IMG/VR virus record: IMGVR_UViG_3300044611_000703
Span: 1-64,000 of that record
Length of the DNA stretch: 64,000 bases
Strand: one strand, 5' to 3'
DNA from: an uncultured virus (IMG/VR IMGVR_UViG_3300044611_000703)
Lineage: Duplodnaviria > Heunggongvirae > Uroviricota > Caudoviricetes
Of this stretch, positions 40,671 to 50,521 are shown in pieces. The first letter of the stretch is position 1. The number at the start of each line of letters is the position of its first letter. Both the position numbers and the translations under genes were made by a program. A model generated the notes under the pieces. It saw only the letters and a list, made by a program, of their open reading frames with translations, did not search any database and was not told where the DNA came from.

Positions 40671-43600
40671 TATATTCTCGAAAGATGCACCTGTTGGAGT
40701 GATATAGAACGTAATGTCTATAAATTCTAACGATTTGGTTGGTTTGATGTAAATCTTACCTGTCATTTGATTTCTGTCTATATCAGCTGCGTCAGACGAA
40801 ACAGTTACACGGAAATCGTAAAGACCTCTATCTCTTCTAATCGAATCTAATATTGGGTTAACAGAATCCAAGAAATCTTGTCTTACTTTAGCATCGTTTT
40901 GTTCGAATAATAATCTAACAGAAACAGCAGATATTAATTTACGAGCTTGAAGTAATAATCTTCTTACGTTGATTCTATCAAGTGCCGATTGTCTAATTTG
41001 AAGAGTTTTGTTACCCCAAATAACTGTTCCAACATCAGAGAAGGTAGCAATTGGATTTAAACGACCTTGATATAGAGTATCTCTATTTTCTTGAGTCAGT
41101 TTAATTCTCGCTTTAACAGCATTTACAATACCTCTCGTGTAACCCGCAGCTGCGAACCAAGGATAAGCGATGTTGTCTGTTAACGCTAAGTTTCTCGTTA
41201 CCTCAGCAGTTGCTGGTAAGTAAATTTGTGTATTGTTAACTGTATCTCTCATTAATACCCAAGGGTAGTAAGTCGCCGTGTAGTTAGAATCAATACCTGA
41301 ATTTGCTAAATTATCTACAGCCTCTTGTGGGTAAATAAAGTCAAATTGATTACCTGTTGAAGGAACATACATATTGTAGTCAGGTGTTGTACAAACGTAC
41401 AATGAATCTGCTCTACTAAATTCAATCATATCGATTGCGTTTTCAACTAAATTAGAGTTATTAACATAATCAATACCCGGTGTAACAAACACGTTAATGT
41501 TTACTGCTTCAGGATTTGCAAATGTTTCTTGACCTAATAAATAAGCGTAATAATCGGTGTTCGCAAAATCTTGAGTATTACCCGCTACACTAATTTGTTT
41601 GAATGCCCCCCAACCTGTTGCGGTAGGGTATCTTGGTGTTGGACAAGCTCCTCTTAAATAACCTGCTCTACCTAATACAAATCTATCAGTATTTGTTCTA
41701 AATTCTCTGTAGATATCCCATCCATCAAAACCTCCTTTAACAAGTAAAGTAAATTTACGTGCAAAAATTCTATAGTAAGGATTTTCAGGGTTATCAGGGT
41801 CTGATGTAAATGGTGCGTCACCACAGAAGAACGCCGGTGTACCACTAGTTACAAATACATTAGGTATTGTAATACCTGTTGCATTTTCATCCATGTGGAA
41901 TCCTCTAGTTCTAAAGTTCCAAGGATTACCTTCAGTATCGTTACATATATCTAAAGGAAGTTGATTACCTTTATATTGGAAGAAGTCAACATCAATACCT
42001 TCAGTATCAGAGATACCTAAATAAGTTCTTCTTACATTATCACCCGCACTTGTAGTAGTATCGTCCGCACCTGATGCTAAACCAAATGGTGGATTATAAA
42101 CTACCTCACCAGGATAATAGTATTTAGCTTTAATTAATGGGAATGGTGGTCTAACACCAGCATATTCTCTATAATCATAACCCAAGAATCCACAAGGAAG
42201 TGCGTCTATCGGAGCATCCTCATTCATCTCAACCATAACATAACTTGATAATAATGGATATTCACCATCTAAACTACCAATTTTCTTACCTACGAATGAA
42301 TTATCTTGAGGGTTCATTGTACAGTTAGTATATTTTTCAAGAACCACCGGAGCAGAATCAGTATCAAAGAAATCTCTAATCAATACATCAAAAGTACCGT
42401 TGTTAAATGACATATTAGCTAACGATATTTTAATATCAACGTTAGCAGAATCACCATCAGCAATAGTTGTAAATTTAAATAAGTTATAAACTTTATTACC
42501 TCTTAATTCAGAAACAACCCAAGGTGATACCGGAGATTGATATTTCTCTAAATAAAATGCTATTGATGTTGGGTCAATTGCTTGACGTGCGTCAGGTAAA
42601 GCGGTTAATTCACAATTTAAACCTCTAATATAACCCATTCTCCAAGCATTTGTTAATAAAGCTTGGAATCTTTCTTCAACAAATAATGGAACTACTGTTC
42701 TTGGTTTAGAGAAGTTAGACGCTCCAAATACTTTACTTATATATTTAGGGTCAGAGTTTGAGAAGGATGTTTCAAAGAAATATTGGTCACCATCTTTACT
42801 TGTGATGTTAACACCAAAAGTTGAAAATGGGTTTTTAGTTACACCTGAATATGTTCCTGTACAATCTAAACTAACATCAGTTAAACCTGATACTTCATAA
42901 ACCGGACCATCATCTAAACCATATGTTGAAAGACCTCTTGAACGTAATGTAGCAATTACTAAATCATCATAATCAGTATATGCGGTTCCCGAATAGACAT
43001 AAATAACACCTATCAATGTACCTGTATAACAATGTGTAGGTCTAGCCGTTGTTGTTGAAGTGGTTGATGTTGATGTTGTAGTTGTACATGGGTCAGTTGT
43101 AGTAGTTGTTGTTGACGTAGACGTTGTAGTTGTAATAATAGGTGTCAATGTTAATCCTGTCACAACTGACCAAAATGAAAATCCTGTGTAAGCGGCATTA
43201 CCAACATTATCAAATAATGAGTAATACCAAGGGTCATTTTGTGGTGCTGAGTAATTACATAAATTAGCACTTACATTATCAACTTCGTAAACATTTGTTT
43301 CACCTGTATACACCTCACTTAATCCTGAATAAACACTTGTTGGTATTGCTCCGTAGTAATAAATTGAAGTATCCTCTTTTGCCGGTGTTGAAACTACGTC
43401 AAAAATTTGTCTAGAGAAATCAGTATACAACGTACTTATACTACCATCGAATTGTTCGTAAGGTTCGTTTAATATTGAAGAAATCTCAGGTGCTAAATTA
43501 GATGTGTTTGTAAACACTATACTATCAATACTGTTAGTACACGCCGAGAATTCAATAGAATAATTAATTGTTTTAAAGTCAATACACTCAGTTATACAAT

Positions 43601-43994
43601 TCTCAGTTGTAGCACTTTCACAAAAGAAATCAACCGTTGTCGGGTTAACATTCGCTTTTGTTGTTATAGACCAAGATGGTCCTGCATCATAACCGGATAA
43701 TCCTAAAACTCTCGTTACGAATAATTGGTTAGATTGTTGTAAGTATGATTTAGCAATATAAGCCGCTTCGTACTTTGGAATTTGTGTATTTATAAATTTT
43801 TCTGGAGAAGTTCCACCGAAGAAATTTGTGAATTCATCAAAATTTCGTATAAAAATAGGTTCGAAAGCAGGACCTTTTAAGGTCTCACCCACAATACCCA
43901 ACGTGGTAACTCCCACACTTTGTGCTACGAAACTTAAATCAACTTCAGAAGTATATACTCCGGGAGATACGAATACTTTTTGATTTGATGCCAT
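40668..43994 (-). CDS. Contractile tail sheath protein with a Thr-rich insertion
   Basis: FVSPGVYTSEVDLS, KGPAFEP, PWFAAAGYTRG, WGNKTL, RINVRRLL, FEQND, IKPTKSLEFI. Confidence 0.95.
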   Translation of the reverse strand: MASNQKVFVSPGVYTSEVDLSFVAQSVGVTTLGIVGETLKGPAFEPIFIRNFDEFTNFFGGTSPEKFINTQIPKYEAAYIAKSYLQQSNQLFVTRVLGLSGYDAGPSWSITTKANVNPTTVDFFCESATTENCITECIDFKTINYSIEFSACTNSIDSIVFTNTSNLAPEISSILNEPYEQFDGSISTLYTDFSRQIFDVVSTPAKEDTSIYYYGAIPTSVYSGLSEVYTGETNVYEVDNVSANLCNYSAPQNDPWYYSLFDNVGNAAYTGFSFWSVVTGLTLTPIITTTTSTSTTTTTTDPCTTTTSTSTTSTTTARPTHCYTGTLIGVIYVYSGTAYTDYDDLVIATLRSRGLSTYGLDDGPVYEVSGLTDVSLDCTGTYSGVTKNPFSTFGVNITSKDGDQYFFETSFSNSDPKYISKVFGASNFSKPRTVVPLFVEERFQALLTNAWRMGYIRGLNCELTALPDARQAIDPTSIAFYLEKYQSPVSPWVVSELRGNKVYNLFKFTTIADGDSANVDIKISLANMSFNNGTFDVLIRDFFDTDSAPVVLEKYTNCTMNPQDNSFVGKKIGSLDGEYPLLSSYVMVEMNEDAPIDALPCGFLGYDYREYAGVRPPFPLIKAKYYYPGEVVYNPPFGLASGADDTTTSAGDNVRRTYLGISDTEGIDVDFFQYKGNQLPLDICNDTEGNPWNFRTRGFHMDENATGITIPNVFVTSGTPAFFCGDAPFTSDPDNPENPYYRIFARKFTLLVKGGFDGWDIYREFRTNTDRFVLGRAGYLRGACPTPRYPTATGWGAFKQISVAGNTQDFANTDYYAYLLGQETFANPEAVNINVFVTPGIDYVNNSNLVENAIDMIEFSRADSLYVCTTPDYNMYVPSTGNQFDFIYPQEAVDNLANSGIDSNYTATYYPWVLMRDTVNNTQIYLPATAEVTRNLALTDNIAYPWFAAAGYTRGIVNAVKARIKLTQENRDTLYQGRLNPIATFSDVGTVIWGNKTLQIRQSALDRINVRRLLLQARKLISAVSVRLLFEQNDAKVRQDFLDSVNPILDSIRRDRGLYDFRVTVSSDAADIDRNQMTGKIYIKPTKSLEFIDITFYITPTGASFENI

Positions 43995-44061
43995 TAGTTT
44001 GTCTTTTTAATTTGTAAATTTATTTTTATTGATAAATATTATCAAAAAAACCAAAATACTT

Positions 44062-44117
44062 TACTTCTTAAGAAGTATTTATAAATTAGGTAGAATAAAT
44101 TCTGCCTTTATTCTACC
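44062..44117. promoter_or_regulatory. Two palindromes flanking a TATTTAT motif in the divergent sheath/RHH intergenic region
   Basis: TACTTCTTAAGAAGTA (44062-77, perfect); GGTAGAATAAA-7 nt-TTTATTCTACC (44089-117) abutting the ATG. Confidence 0.7.
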
Positions 44118-44282
44118 ATGGCAGATAACGAAAAAAAAATTAAGAACCTAAAGATATCAATCGAGGTTCATAGTATCCTAAAGACCTATTGTGAAAAGAG
44201 GGGAATAAAAATGTATCGTTTTTTAGAAAGAATGATTATAGACCAATGTAAGGAAAAGAAGGATATTTATGGTGAAAACTAA
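44118..44282 (+). CDS. Small ribbon-helix-helix-like DNA-binding protein (54 aa)
   Basis: Below the ORF-track cutoff: MADNEKKIKNLKISIEVHSILKTYCEKRGIKMYRFLERMIIDQCKEKKDIYGEN; alternating beta strand, helix, G turn, helix pattern. Confidence 0.7.
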   Translation: MADNEKKIKNLKISIEVHSILKTYCEKRGIKMYRFLERMIIDQCKEKKDIYGEN

Positions 44283-45316
44283 ACTATTTCATTATTTAAC
44301 TCAATAATACCTTCTTTTGAGTCATCATTTTTAACCACTATGATTTTTAAAACATCATTTGTGTTTATCTGAATTTGAAATAAATCAGTACCATAATATT
44401 GATTATTTAGATACACGTCAAATGAATCAATATTAGTTGTTTCACCTAAATTTAAATCAACTGTGTAATCAAAAATTTGTGATAAAATATTGTTCCCTGC
44501 AACAAATAAAAAATTACTAACAGTAGATTCGTCAGTAATATTTTTTCTTCGTCCACGAGTGAACGATTCTTTTTCAAATTCAACAACCGTTAAAACTCTT
44601 GAAACTGCGGGAGCAACCTCAAATTCATTTTCATCAATTAAGAAACCTAACATTGTAAAATCATAACTTTGAATATAATATTTTCTTTTATCAATATTCA
44701 TAACTGACTCATCAGTAATATTATTCATAATGATTGGAATATAATGACCTTTGATAGTTGTGTAGGCTTGACGAGATGCGAACATTTCAAGAATATTTTT
44801 ATTGAAAGCATTTAATTCTCTCATTCTATTACAAATTATTTTAACACTATATGTAATATCAACAGGAACAGGTTGAGGTATTTTGTATATATCCATACCG
44901 TTTCTATTTCCATCCCAAGTTGGAACTTGAGCATAAAAATATTGTTTTCTGTTTGGTATGTTATATAGTAACGCAGGATTTGTTCCGAATTTAACTTCCG
45001 GGTTTCTTACAACTGTAATAAACGGAGGGGAAACGTTTGAGTCCAAATCTTGAAAATTCCAAGTTTCTGTAAATTGTGACCAGTTTTGTGAAGTAATAAT
45101 GATATCAACCATTGGGATAACTTTACCTTCCACAATTGTTTCTAATTCATTTTGAACAAAATTTAACATACCCCCATCCAAATCGGCGTGTAAAATTGAT
45201 TTTGGTAAATAAGTTCCGTCTTTATTAATTTTTTCCAATAGTTGTTCTCTTCTTGGGTAAAGAGTTTTTGGAAATGTTAACGGAATTGTTTTCTTTATTT
45301 TATTTGGTAATGGCAT
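44279..45316 (-). CDS. Probable tail completion/terminator protein (gp15-like)
   Basis: PQPVPVDITYSVKI..RMRELN pattern; lies upstream of the sheath gene. Confidence 0.55.
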   Translation of the reverse strand: MPLPNKIKKTIPLTFPKTLYPRREQLLEKINKDGTYLPKSILHADLDGGMLNFVQNELETIVEGKVIPMVDIIITSQNWSQFTETWNFQDLDSNVSPPFITVVRNPEVKFGTNPALLYNIPNRKQYFYAQVPTWDGNRNGMDIYKIPQPVPVDITYSVKIICNRMRELNAFNKNILEMFASRQAYTTIKGHYIPIIMNNITDESVMNIDKRKYYIQSYDFTMLGFLIDENEFEVAPAVSRVLTVVEFEKESFTRGRRKNITDESTVSNFLFVAGNNILSQIFDYTVDLNLGETTNIDSFDVYLNNQYYGTDLFQIQINTNDVLKIIVVKNDDSKEGIIELNNEIV

Positions 45317-45320
45317 GTTA

Positions 45321-45854
45321 TTATTTTGTTATAAATATTTTGTCTCTTAAATTTATCATTTCAACTTCACCGGCACTATATATTGGTTCTTCGGTATCTT
45401 TTACAACATAAGAGTTATATTTGTAAGGGTTATAGGTTACTATATTACTATTTGGTTCACTTGGTAAATTCTCACAAGGAAATTTACAATAATCCATTAA
45501 AGTTCCAATTACAAATGAATGAACATTCTTTCTTTTATCTTTTAATACTTTTTCTCTACCCCCTTGTCTAACTCTGAATTCAACATCTGATAATTTAACA
45601 TAATCGGCATGAGTAATAACTCTTCCATTATAGGTTACTGAAAAGGTGTGTTTGTGTAAGTTATAATAAACCATAACTTTATCACCAATATTTTTTTTCT
45701 CCTCATTATCGTGACCACACTTGTGACAGATATAAGGGTCGTTTCCACCATCGGCTAAAGCCCAAGACCAACCACACTCATCACAAATAACTTTATCATT
45801 TGTAACAATTTCTAATAATCTTCTATACTGTCTTTCGTTAATTATAATTTTCAT
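45321..45854 (-). CDS. Zinc-ribbon-containing hypothetical protein
   Basis: Likely start MKIIINERQY (45854); CDEC-x13-CHKC; KVMVYYNLHKHTFSV domain. Confidence 0.6.
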   Translation of the reverse strand: MKIIINERQYRRLLEIVTNDKVICDECGWSWALADGGNDPYICHKCGHDNEEKKNIGDKVMVYYNLHKHTFSVTYNGRVITHADYVKLSDVEFRVRQGGREKVLKDKRKNVHSFVIGTLMDYCKFPCENLPSEPNSNIVTYNPYKYNSYVVKDTEEPIYSAGEVEMINLRDKIFITK

Positions 45855-46257
45855 AATCGTAATATGTGGATACTGATTTAACAGGTAAATTAAAATTATC
45901 TTCAAACCATTTTTTCATAGGTTCTTCCCAATGTCCTTCAAACATGTCATCTAAATGTTCCGCGTGCTTACCAATAACTTCTAAAATTGGTGCTTTATCT
46001 CTAAAAGGTTTATGTGATGGTTCAGTATTATAATAATCAACATCAAAATAATAAAAAATAATATCAGTATCATAAATACCTTGATAATCACCTTCAAAGA
46101 ACATTAAAAAGTATTCGTTTTCTCTATCAACATCAGGATATCCATCTTCATCTTCATCCATACCATAAACCCAATCCATTTTACTTGAATTAAATGTTTT
46201 ATCAATATAATTGTATATTGAATTGAATAGTTTATTTTTTGTTATTTTTACTTTCAT
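45838..46257 (-). CDS. Hypothetical protein
   Basis: 139-aa acidic ORF overlapping its neighbours. Confidence 0.6.
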   Translation of the reverse strand: MKVKITKNKLFNSIYNYIDKTFNSSKMDWVYGMDEDEDGYPDVDRENEYFLMFFEGDYQGIYDTDIIFYYFDVDYYNTEPSHKPFRDKAPILEVIGKHAEHLDDMFEGHWEEPMKKWFEDNFNLPVKSVSTYYDYENYN

Positions 46258-46772
46258 TATAATCCTCTAAATTCATTTTCCGTTACCGGAGTTGCTACAT
46301 ATGATTTATAAAATGGTTTATAACCGGCATATGTATGTTTATTATCTGAATTAATTCTTCCGTCATCGCTAACAACGTAATATCTAACTTTTGTTTCTGT
46401 TTCATAATAACCAATATAATCCCCATAATTAATTTGAATTCCTAAATCGTTAAGTTGAGCTGCGTAAATTGCAAATTTCATATTACCAGGTTCTGATTGT
46501 ACAATTTTAGAATTACCCAAGTATTTGTTTTCAGGTGGAAGTATTTGAACATAAGCTTTAAACTCAATTGGTGGTAAATATTTTATACCGTCAGTCATTA
46601 CCTCACCATAAACATCGTCTGTTTTGGTTTTTAATCTATCTACTTTATATAGAACTAATGTAAAGTTCATATCACCATATAACCATTCTTCCCCCATAGA
46701 GATGTCTAAATCGTAATCCTCCGCTCCGAAGAACTTACCTATTCTGGTAATTGGTACTAAATTTCTACTCAT
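46257..46772 (-). CDS. Probable neck/head-closure protein (gp14-like)
   Basis: LYKVD...TKTDDVYGE....KYLPPIE...GDYI pattern; context. Confidence 0.55.
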   Translation of the reverse strand: MSRNLVPITRIGKFFGAEDYDLDISMGEEWLYGDMNFTLVLYKVDRLKTKTDDVYGEVMTDGIKYLPPIEFKAYVQILPPENKYLGNSKIVQSEPGNMKFAIYAAQLNDLGIQINYGDYIGYYETETKVRYYVVSDDGRINSDNKHTYAGYKPFYKSYVATPVTENEFRGL

Positions 46773-47097
46773 ATTTTTTTTGTCTTTTGTATTCTGATTC
46801 CGAGCGAGTACCTGAATTATTGATTATAACATTGATACCAAAATAATCTTTTATGGTCTTTTGTATTTCATAATTCCATTTACTTCTGTAATCTATAGGA
46901 ATTTCACGACCCTGATATGACACTTTATAAAGATATTTACTATCATCAGGGACAATATATGTTACCTTCATATAATATTCTTCATTAGTATCGTCAGTAG
47001 GTTTTAATGTATAAATAAGTTCAGACACACCATTAGGTTTAACGTGTTTTATCATTTTATCTATTAATTTTTCTAATGTCTCTTGTTTCATTCCCAT
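46765..47097 (-). CDS. Hypothetical protein
   Basis: 110-aa ORF with TATTTAT motif upstream. Confidence 0.55.
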   Translation of the reverse strand: MGMKQETLEKLIDKMIKHVKPNGVSELIYTLKPTDDTNEEYYMKVTYIVPDDSKYLYKVSYQGREIPIDYRSKWNYEIQKTIKDYFGINVIINNSGTRSESEYKRQKKYE

Positions 47098-47100
47098 ATC

Positions 47101-47129
47101 TTGATAAATATTATAAAATATGTTATATT
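47101..47129 (+). promoter_or_regulatory. Sigma70-like promoter for the SNF2 helicase, overlapping a divergent TATTTAT motif
   Basis: TTGATA, 17 bp spacer ending TGT, TATATT. Confidence 0.55.
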
Positions 47130-47147
47130 TCTACTAAAAGAATAAAA

Positions 47148-48923
47148 TTGGAAAACAATACATCTGAAAATTCTAATTTAACAGTAGAACAACGAGCAAT
47201 ATCTCTTCTTGACACTTACGAGGGGGCAAATAACTATATCCTTAAATTAAAACTACAAAAGGACACCAATAAAAGATTTTACCCTACTCGAGCACAATCT
47301 GATTATATAATTAATTATTACGGAGTAACACCAAAGGTAGCCAAAAGATGGGTTGATTTAGACCCTTACTTTGCTAAAAAGATTGCCGATGAAAAATTAC
47401 TAACCACGATTCCGGAACAAATATGGGTTGAAAAGCTATTAGTTGAGAAAGACAAATCATATCATGTTTGGGGGAAAGTATTGGAGAATGACACTATCCA
47501 TGATTTTTGGCTACCAAAAGGTGCTTTAATTAAAACACATACAATTAAAGATGTTAAAATAGATTATACAAAATATAGTCATAGACCTCCTTTAGAACAC
47601 CAACCAATAGCCATTGAAAAATTAGTAGGTTCAAAACGATTTATATTAGCTGATGATATGGGTCTTGGTAAAACAACGATTACCGTTATCGCTGCGTTAG
47701 AGAGTGGTGCTAAAAAAATATTAATTGTTTGTCCAGCATCTCTGAAGATTAATTGGCAAAGAGAAATCGCAAACTACACAGATAGAAGTGTTTATATTGC
47801 TGAAGGTAAAAACTTTTCAACAGAACACGACTTTGTAATTGTTAATTACGATATTCTTAAAAACTTTTACGATTTAAAAGACAAAGAAAATTCATTAATC
47901 ACTCAAGGAAACTTTGACCTTATTATTTTAGATGAGGCACATTATGTGAGTAATGGTCAGGCGGCAAGAACTAAATTGGTTAATAGTTTTTGTAAAAAAG
48001 TTGATAAACTTTGGTTATTAACCGGAACACCTATGACCAATAGACCGATGAACTACTTTAATCTATTGTCGTTAATTGAAAGTCCTGTTGCACAGAATTG
48101 GATGGCTTATGCTATTAGATATTGTCAAGGTTATCAATTCACCGCAGGAACTCGTAAAATATGGAACGTCACCGGAGCATCAAATTTGGAAGAATTAAGA
48201 GACCGAACTTCAAGACAAGTTTTAAGAAGATTAAAAACGGATGTGTTAGATTTACCTGAAAAAATCATTACCCCAATTTATTTGAGATTAAAATCTAAAA
48301 TGTACGAAGGGTTAATGGGTGAGTATTATGATTGGTATGATAAGAATCCGGATGAAAGCACATCATTAACGGTTCAGTTCAGTAAACTAATGAAAGTTCG
48401 TCAAGTAATTGCCGAAGAAAAAATTAAAGACACAATTGAACTTGCTGAAAATATTATAGAACAAGGTAAGAAAGTTATTATTTTTACTAACTTTACCGAC
48501 ACTCTAAATAAAATCTCAGAGCACTTTGGTAAATCGGCGGTTAAATTAGATGGTTCAACAGCAAAACCTCAACGACAATACGCTGTTGACCAATTCCAAG
48601 AAAACGAAAAAATTAAAGTGTTTATTGGAAACGTGAAAGCTGCCGGTGTTGGAATCACATTGACCGCAGCTGAAGCAGTTATTATGAATGACCTATCATT
48701 TGTTCCGGGAGATTTATCTCAAGCTGAAGATAGAGCATATAGATATGGTCAAAAAAATTCGGTATCAGTTTATTACCCAATCTTTGATAATACCATAGAG
48801 GGAATCATTTATGATATGGTTAATATGAAGAAACAAAACATCGGAACAGTTATGGGAGACAACATTGGTGAGAGTGGTGACTTCATTGAAGAACTTATGA
48901 ATAAAATCAACACCCGAAGATAA
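47148..48923 (+). CDS. SNF2-family helicase (SMARCAL1/HARP-like)
   Basis: LADDMGLGKT, VCPASLK.NW, DEAH, LTGTP, GVGITLT, QAEDRAYRYGQ; probable TTG start at 47148, since the 47076 ATG overlaps the divergent gene and promoter. Confidence 0.9.
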   Translation: MENNTSENSNLTVEQRAISLLDTYEGANNYILKLKLQKDTNKRFYPTRAQSDYIINYYGVTPKVAKRWVDLDPYFAKKIADEKLLTTIPEQIWVEKLLVEKDKSYHVWGKVLENDTIHDFWLPKGALIKTHTIKDVKIDYTKYSHRPPLEHQPIAIEKLVGSKRFILADDMGLGKTTITVIAALESGAKKILIVCPASLKINWQREIANYTDRSVYIAEGKNFSTEHDFVIVNYDILKNFYDLKDKENSLITQGNFDLIILDEAHYVSNGQAARTKLVNSFCKKVDKLWLLTGTPMTNRPMNYFNLLSLIESPVAQNWMAYAIRYCQGYQFTAGTRKIWNVTGASNLEELRDRTSRQVLRRLKTDVLDLPEKIITPIYLRLKSKMYEGLMGEYYDWYDKNPDESTSLTVQFSKLMKVRQVIAEEKIKDTIELAENIIEQGKKVIIFTNFTDTLNKISEHFGKSAVKLDGSTAKPQRQYAVDQFQENEKIKVFIGNVKAAGVGITLTAAEAVIMNDLSFVPGDLSQAEDRAYRYGQKNSVSVYYPIFDNTIEGIIYDMVNMKKQNIGTVMGDNIGESGDFIEELMNKINTRR

Positions 48924-48961
48924 TCTATTTGTTGAGATATTTATAAGAAATAACAAGCCGA

Positions 48962-50500
48962 ATGAAACATATTGAAAATAAAATCAAACTCATTACGGAA
49001 GAGATTCAAAATGTTGAAAAACAAGAAAATGAAACACTCTTTCTTAATGAGATGAAAAAGATAGGAATCGACAAATTACCGTATTCCTATTCAGCACTAA
49101 AGCAATTTATTGATGCTGAAACAATGAACTACCATTATAATAAACATTATAAAGGTTACGTAGATAAACTAAACGCCGCTCTTAAAAACAAAGATTATGG
49201 TGATTTAGAACTTGAAGAAATTGTTAAATCTATCAGTAGATTTAATAAAACAATCAAAGATAATGCCGGAGGTGCTTTTAACCACGCATTGTTTTGGAAA
49301 ATGTTATCACCTAAAACTCAAACCCCAAATGGTGAAGTAATCAAACAAATAAAAAAAGATTTTAATACCTTTGCCAACTTTAAAAAAGAATTTGAAACTG
49401 TTGCAAAAGAAAGATTTGGTTCAGGATGGGTTTGGTTAGTCATAACAAAAAGAAATACCTTAAAAATTGTATCGACAGCAAACCAAGAAAATCCATTAAT
49501 GAATACTATTGAGGATGGTGGATATCCTGTGTTAGGTTTAGATTTATGGGAACACGCTTACTACCTAAAATACAGAAACAAAAAAGATGACTATATTAAA
49601 AACTTTTGGAAATGTGTAAATTGGGAATTTGTTAACAAATTATATACAATGAGAGTGGATAATAAATTAAATGAAAGTGCCGAATTAAAATCTGTTATTT
49701 CTGAAGGTAAATCTGAAAGATGTAGTAGAGAAATGAATGAGGCGATTCGTATGGTGTTTAATATCAACCCAAAAGTTAAAACAATCTTCAAAGACGGTAT
49801 TAACAGAATGTTAAAAGATGTTTTTCCTGACAACTATTATGGGAATAATGAATATGCCGAAGGAGAAGTTTCCGGAGTATACGATTTAGAAACTCAAGGT
49901 CGTTCAGTTTTAAATAAACTAAACACAAACTATAGTTGTTTTTGTGTTTTACTCAATGATGTTAATCAAGTTTTAAAAGCCAAACAATTACCTGAAATAA
50001 AAATGATTGGCTTAAAACCATTTGAACAAATAAGTGAAGTTAAAAAACTTGTTGATATTTTAGATGAATACAAATTTAGAATATTCTCACAAAAATCATC
50101 CACATTCCAAAATCTTATGAAAGTGTTAACTCAAACTAATAGTTGGGGTCAATCAAGAGAAGATAAAACTATTGAAATATTAAAAAAACAATTTGGTAAT
50201 GATAACGTTAATGCAATCGGTAAACTTGGAAGTAAAGAAGATATGATTGGTGGGGTTGATTGTGAAGTAATTGTTGATGGTGTTAAAAAAACGGTACAAA
50301 TAAAACCATATACCGGAGAAAAAGAAATAAAAGATTCAATAATGATTTTAGGAACAGGAAATGTTAAACGATATTCAACTGATTGGTTGATTTTTACTCG
50401 TAATAATAAAGAAGTTTTGGTCTTTGACAATAAACATTCAAAAATAATGGACGGTCAGTTTATTTTCCCTAAAGAAGACCTGATTTATACATTAAGTTGA
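48962..50500 (+). CDS. sod: Fe/Mn superoxide dismutase fused to a C-terminal PD-(D/E)xK-like domain
   Basis: LPYSYSAL, HYNKH, NAGGAFNHALFW, FGSGWVWL, DLWEHAYY; about 280 extra aa including EDMIGGVD...VQIK. Confidence 0.85.
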   Translation: MKHIENKIKLITEEIQNVEKQENETLFLNEMKKIGIDKLPYSYSALKQFIDAETMNYHYNKHYKGYVDKLNAALKNKDYGDLELEEIVKSISRFNKTIKDNAGGAFNHALFWKMLSPKTQTPNGEVIKQIKKDFNTFANFKKEFETVAKERFGSGWVWLVITKRNTLKIVSTANQENPLMNTIEDGGYPVLGLDLWEHAYYLKYRNKKDDYIKNFWKCVNWEFVNKLYTMRVDNKLNESAELKSVISEGKSERCSREMNEAIRMVFNINPKVKTIFKDGINRMLKDVFPDNYYGNNEYAEGEVSGVYDLETQGRSVLNKLNTNYSCFCVLLNDVNQVLKAKQLPEIKMIGLKPFEQISEVKKLVDILDEYKFRIFSQKSSTFQNLMKVLTQTNSWGQSREDKTIEILKKQFGNDNVNAIGKLGSKEDMIGGVDCEVIVDGVKKTVQIKPYTGEKEIKDSIMILGTGNVKRYSTDWLIFTRNNKEVLVFDNKHSKIMDGQFIFPKEDLIYTLS

Positions 50501-50521
50501 TATTTATAAAATAAAAACGTT

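Noticed and set aside
47076..47147. ORF-track start for the SNF2 helicase (likewise 14645 for gp25 and 45905)
   Set aside because: These extensions overlap promoters, terminators or neighbouring genes; downstream starts (47148, 14582, 45854) fit better
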